NCBI GenBank assembly: GCA_001890965.1
Contig: MLAY01000008.1
Coordinates: 360,341-424,340 of the forward strand
Source of the DNA: a marine bacterium AO1-C
GTDB lineage: Bacteria > Bacteroidota > Bacteroidia > Cytophagales > Microscillaceae
Direction of reading: 5' to 3'
DNA length: 64,000 nucleotides
The translations under genes and the position numbers were made by a program. The notes under the pieces are model-generated. The model was not told the DNA's origin and ran no database searches. It saw only the letters and a program-made list of their open reading frames with translations. Positions within the stretch are counted from its first letter, which is position 1. Each line of letters starts with the position of its first letter. This document shows, piece by piece, positions 59,790 through 64,000 of the stretch.

Positions 59790-59918
59790 AGTTTTATCTT
59801 CGTGATGAGTATTGAGTGGCCAACGGTGTTTACCACCATTGACCCTCAAAATTTATCTAAAAAAACTAAAGTTGCGAACTGATTCAAATAAATTGTACAA
59901 AAAAGGCTTATTTCTGTA

Positions 59919-62435
59919 CTATTTACCTAAAGACAAAATGTTGGCCATCAAACGATAAGCGCCTGATACTCCGGCAGGTAACTCTCGGAAAAACGATAGC
60001 CCAGTATACACATAATACCCCTTCCCATATTTAGTGACTAGTAAGCTTCCTTTTTTAGCGGTCTCACCAGGGTCTTTACAAGAGAAAATAGCTTCGTATT
60101 TATCATCCCATTTGTTGGGGAAATATAAACCTCGCTCTTGTACCCAGTTGTTAAAATCAGCCTGAGTAATTTTGTTAGGCTTGTTCAACACAGGGTGGGC
60201 AGGTTTTAGAAATTCCATCTTGGCTTCTTCTACTGTTACCCGATCTCTAGATAAAGTTAATGGATAAGGGCCAAGGTTTTTGGTACGAATTCGGCGGCTG
60301 GTATTGTATTGCACCACCATATTCCCTCCATTTTTCACATATTCCAATAATGTATTTTGGTGAAACTTCATCCGTGGATTGGTGTTGTAAGCTCGAATAC
60401 CCACCATTACTGCATCATACTTTTTAAGGTTACCAGCCGTAATATCTTCATCTTTGAGTAAGTCTACCCGATAACCAATCTGGCGTAATGATTCAGGCAC
60501 TTTATCACCAGCCCCCATAATGTAACCAATCAAGTTTCCTTTTTTGTCGAGTTGTAACTTGGTAATCTTGGCCTCGGCCATTGGGAAAATAGTTTGTATT
60601 GGAATGTGTTTATAGTCAATGGTAACCAAACCACGCATATATTTTTTACCTGCAATCTCTACTACCGCTTTCAAGGTTCCTTCTGAGGCTCCTCTGGGAG
60701 GAATCACCTCAAAGCTAAATTTTTGCTCCTGATATCTTTCTTTAAGGTTTACATCAAAAGTAGCAGGTTTGCTTTTCCATCCTTGAGGCAGGTTTAGTGA
60801 TACTTTACCTTGCATATTGGCTTGCATGGCTTTTACTACTACATCTACTTTTTGGGCCTCATTGGTAAACAGGTATACCGGATCGGCAATATTTACGGTA
60901 GCAGGAGGGGTGATTTCCAGGGTACGGTAGCGCTCTCCATATTGAGGAATTACCCATTTATGAAAAATAGGTGCTACATCGGTTAAAGTAAGATCTCCTA
61001 CTTTGAAAGTAAAAGTTACCGGAATGGCTGGTTTGTTTTCGGGTAAGCCAATCAGGTTTTGATCTCTTACTTTAAACATTCCTTTGTCAGGGCGTTCCTG
61101 TAGCCAATAAGGTTGTGAGTTTTGGGCATCAGCCGGTATTGCTATATTCATAGCAATGCGCTCTAATTTATTGTTTTTTAAAGTCTTGGCTTCTGTATAC
61201 TTTTTATAAGTGGCGTCTATGCTTTCCAAGGTTACAGGATAATTGGAACGTTTGATTACCTGAATGCTTAGGTTTACGTCGTTGCCACTGGCTACGCTAT
61301 AAGCTGGGCTTAATGCTTCGTACCACACTCCTGCACACTGAAAAATCAAGTTTTTTGTCTCTTCTAGTTTAGCCATTACCAAAGCTGACTTTGGCAAGGT
61401 TTGCATCATTTTGTAAGCCTTGATTAAATGTGGGATAATTTTGGTAGGATTTTCAATATCAAATTCTTTGTAAGCTTTTTCCAAAACAGGGATCAATTTT
61501 TTACCTCCCTTTACTCGGTTCCAGGTAATGTCTATCCCAGCAAACAAATCCCCATCTTTGCCATCTCCCATGTTGGTGCCATCTACCAACTCTAAATATT
61601 CTATTTGCTGACCGCGTCCTTTTCTAGAACCAAATCCCTGACTACGGTGCATACTACGGCTTTCGGCAGCAATTTCTCCGTATCCTTTGCCTAACAATAC
61701 ATTGTAAGCTCCGGCATCTACCCGAGGATACTTCGACATATCTACCTTGCCTTTGCTGCGAGTAAAACGACGATACTGACGATAGCTATTCCAGGCAATA
61801 CGCTTGGGCTTCCAGGGCTTTACATACTTCAGTTGTTCAGGGAATTTGGTAGGATCACCTGCCAACGTAAATACCTCAGTGGCAAACATAGCTGAAGCTA
61901 CGTGGTGTCCGTGGTTACCCAGCGTAAATTCATTATGAGAAAATCGGGTAACAATCACATCGGGCTGAAACTTTCGCACTACCCATACCATATCTGCCAG
62001 CACCTGATTTTTGTCCCAAATTTGTTGTGTTTCCTGAGCATTTTTGGAGTAACCAAAATCGTTGGCACGGGTAAAAAACTGCTGTCCTCCATCGGTGCGA
62101 CGAGCCGCTAATAATTCCTGAGTACGAATGACTCCTAATAGTTCTCGTACTTCTGTTCCTATCAGGTTTTGTCCCCCATCGCCCCTGGTCAAGGCCAAGT
62201 AAGCGGTTCGCAATAACCGTCCTTTGGAAAGATAAGAAATCAGACGAGTGTTTTCGTCGTCAGGGTGGGCCGCAAGGTATAAGGCGGTTCCGGTTACTTG
62301 CAATTTTTTGAGGGCAAGCTTTATCTCTGCGGCATTCATTTGAGGACGTGGCCCGGCCAAAGATTGGGCCTTCACATTGATGCACATCATAAGGAGCACC
62401 AAGGCTAGTAACCACTGCTTACTATACTTGATCAT
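59919..62435 (-). CDS. PIG-L/LmbE-family deacetylase, large Bacteroidetes-type
   Basis: Signal peptide; AHPDDE and GDGGQN motifs. Confidence 0.65.
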   Translation of the reverse strand: MIKYSKQWLLALVLLMMCINVKAQSLAGPRPQMNAAEIKLALKKLQVTGTALYLAAHPDDENTRLISYLSKGRLLRTAYLALTRGDGGQNLIGTEVRELLGVIRTQELLAARRTDGGQQFFTRANDFGYSKNAQETQQIWDKNQVLADMVWVVRKFQPDVIVTRFSHNEFTLGNHGHHVASAMFATEVFTLAGDPTKFPEQLKYVKPWKPKRIAWNSYRQYRRFTRSKGKVDMSKYPRVDAGAYNVLLGKGYGEIAAESRSMHRSQGFGSRKGRGQQIEYLELVDGTNMGDGKDGDLFAGIDITWNRVKGGKKLIPVLEKAYKEFDIENPTKIIPHLIKAYKMMQTLPKSALVMAKLEETKNLIFQCAGVWYEALSPAYSVASGNDVNLSIQVIKRSNYPVTLESIDATYKKYTEAKTLKNNKLERIAMNIAIPADAQNSQPYWLQERPDKGMFKVRDQNLIGLPENKPAIPVTFTFKVGDLTLTDVAPIFHKWVIPQYGERYRTLEITPPATVNIADPVYLFTNEAQKVDVVVKAMQANMQGKVSLNLPQGWKSKPATFDVNLKERYQEQKFSFEVIPPRGASEGTLKAVVEIAGKKYMRGLVTIDYKHIPIQTIFPMAEAKITKLQLDKKGNLIGYIMGAGDKVPESLRQIGYRVDLLKDEDITAGNLKKYDAVMVGIRAYNTNPRMKFHQNTLLEYVKNGGNMVVQYNTSRRIRTKNLGPYPLTLSRDRVTVEEAKMEFLKPAHPVLNKPNKITQADFNNWVQERGLYFPNKWDDKYEAIFSCKDPGETAKKGSLLVTKYGKGYYVYTGLSFFRELPAGVSGAYRLMANILSLGK

Positions 62436-62603
62436 AAGTATTGGGGGTTTACGGTTTGGGGGTTTAATTTTTTTAATGATGAATTTGATTGAAGAACAAG
62501 TGTGTAATATTTACAAATAAAACACGAAATCAATGTGTTTTACAAAATCAATGAACAAAAAAGGGGAAATGTGCATTTCCCCTTCAATTTGTCAACCAAT
62601 ATA

Positions 62604-63482
62604 TTATTTCCAGGCTTTCATGCCTTCGTCTAATTTAGACTCGATGTTGGTTTTGTAGTAGTTTTTCCAACCAGCACGCTTTTCTTTTGCGTAAAACTCT
62701 TTTACTTTTTTACCTAGCTTCTTAGCTTCCGATTTTTTACCCATCTTGGCCAATACTGCGGCATGCCACCAGGTGTTGATCATGTTTTCACCGCTCATCG
62801 CTACTGATGCCTTGATCATGCTATGTGCCAATTTCATGTCTTTATCGTTGCTTGAATAGCTCAACAATTGATACCCCGCATTTCCTAATTGGAACCAGTT
62901 GGCTTGGCCAGCAAATTTTTTGATGCTTGCTACCGCTGCTTTGTCGGTGCTTACATTGAAAGGGAAAGAAATTTCTCGCTTCTCCCAACGAAGGCTTACT
63001 ACACCCTCGGTGTTGCTATTTGCTGAAATGTAGTAAGTCAAACGCTCTTTGTTGCGTAAACCTTTTACAATACCTGCCTTAAGGCGAACTACTTCGTGCT
63101 TTTTGGCCAGCTTGTAGTTAAACTGACTTCCTTTGGTGGTCAAAATCCACTCAAATTTGTTGTCGTTGTGCAAGTACAACAACATAATATAATCTCCTTT
63201 TTTTACGTCTACTCCGTTGATTTTCACATTATTACTAAAAGTAATTTTAGTAGGTGCATTGGCTCCTGCACGCCACACACTGTCGTAAGGCTGCAGGCCT
63301 CCCCAAATCTTACGGCCTTTTACAGCAGGACTTGAATATACGATGGTAACATCGGTAAGTCCTACGGTTTGTTTTATTTCTGCTGATGGGCTTGGCTGTG
63401 GTAATTTAGGTTGCGCAACTGCCAATGTAGTTGCAAAGACAAAACAGACTAATGTGAATAAGAAGTGTTGAAAATTTCTCAT
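62604..63482 (-). CDS. DUF2911-like secreted protein
   Basis: …KGRKIWGGLQPYDSVWRAGANAPTKITF… matches my memory of DUF2911. Confidence 0.5.
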   Translation of the reverse strand: MRNFQHFLFTLVCFVFATTLAVAQPKLPQPSPSAEIKQTVGLTDVTIVYSSPAVKGRKIWGGLQPYDSVWRAGANAPTKITFSNNVKINGVDVKKGDYIMLLYLHNDNKFEWILTTKGSQFNYKLAKKHEVVRLKAGIVKGLRNKERLTYYISANSNTEGVVSLRWEKREISFPFNVSTDKAAVASIKKFAGQANWFQLGNAGYQLLSYSSNDKDMKLAHSMIKASVAMSGENMINTWWHAAVLAKMGKKSEAKKLGKKVKEFYAKEKRAGWKNYYKTNIESKLDEGMKAWK

Positions 63483-63849
63483 AAGATTGTTATGAATTAG
63501 ATGTTTAGTTATAAAGTACTCTTGATTTATTAGAATAGTAGGGTGATAAAATTACATTCCCCAATTAAATGTTAGCTGATCAAATATAGAGTTTCGGCCT
63601 AATTTGGCCTGTTATTGAGTAGTTATTTAGATGTTAAATTGGTGTTAAAGGGGTTTTACGCTGAATTTTTTCAAAAAAAATGAAATGTCATGAACTGAAT
63701 GCCCATTTTTTACACATATGCTCACAAAATATTAGCAAAAACATTTCACATTTTGTAATTTTGCTTAAAACCATCTCAATTCACACTCAGTTTTGGATTG
63801 AGTTTAGGCATTCACAATATTTTTTTGGACTATTTGCTCATACCCTCCC

Positions 63850-64000
63850 ATGGATCAGCAAACAACACATGTGGCTACTACCGAAGCAGATGCACCGCTG
63901 TCGGACGAAACACTACAACCTCTTGATACCACTGGAAAAATCAATGTAGTGTGGTTTAAGCGGGATTTGCGTTTACAGGATCACGCCCCCCTCAAGGCTG
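63850..64000 (+). CDS. photolyase/cryptochrome family protein, 5' fragment
   Basis: …KINVVWFKRDLRLQDHAPL… is the typical photolyase N-terminal motif; runs off the window. Confidence 0.6.
   Translation, partial: MDQQTTHVATTEADAPLSDETLQPLDTTGKINVVWFKRDLRLQDHAPLKA

Noticed and set aside
63680-63949. 89-aa ORF overlapping the photolyase start
   Set aside because: Different frame from the convincing VWFKRDLRLQDH photolyase N-terminus; starts in the AT-rich promoter region.

Overview
This is an AT-rich Bacteroidetes-type chromosomal window. I base that on a T9SS-type C-terminal sorting domain, SusC-like TonB-dependent receptor architecture, 7TMR-DISM/LytTR two-component genes and many lipoproteins. 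It is gene-dense on both strands, and I see no integrase, transposase, CRISPR array or prophage genes.

Housekeeping anchors:
- An infC-rpmI-rplT operon, with infC apparently starting on ATT.
- Two tandem tRNA-Glu(UUC) genes.
- Ferredoxin, AlkA-type and Ada/MGMT-type DNA repair genes, two Na+/solute symporters, M1 and aspartyl peptidases, and a photolyase/cryptochrome fragment at the 3' edge.

The accessory content is larger and more interesting:
- A tandem family of four membrane-anchored coiled-coil paralogs (591-4244) sharing an unrecognised ~110-aa C-terminal domain, plus the relic of a fifth copy.
- A tandem triplet of small lysine-rich paralogs (13930-15404).
- A TIGR04222/DUF1399-like membrane protein with a Gly/Cys-rich tail.
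- An expansin-like T9SS cargo gene inserted between a DUF1611 gene and a dipeptide epimerase gene.
- A minus-strand locus (42766-51760), which I rank first. It has two paralogous cytoplasmic DUF4157 (HELTHVAQQ metallopeptidase-like) proteins. They sit next to an operon of five membrane proteins; four of these share an unrecognised ~85-aa domain grafted onto three different membrane scaffolds (DUF4328-like multi-TM, simple TM anchor, YdbT-like bPH). A secreted triple-repeat protein follows. I propose it as a candidate effector/partner or signalling system that has not been described.

All domain calls come from reading motifs by eye; I ran no searches.
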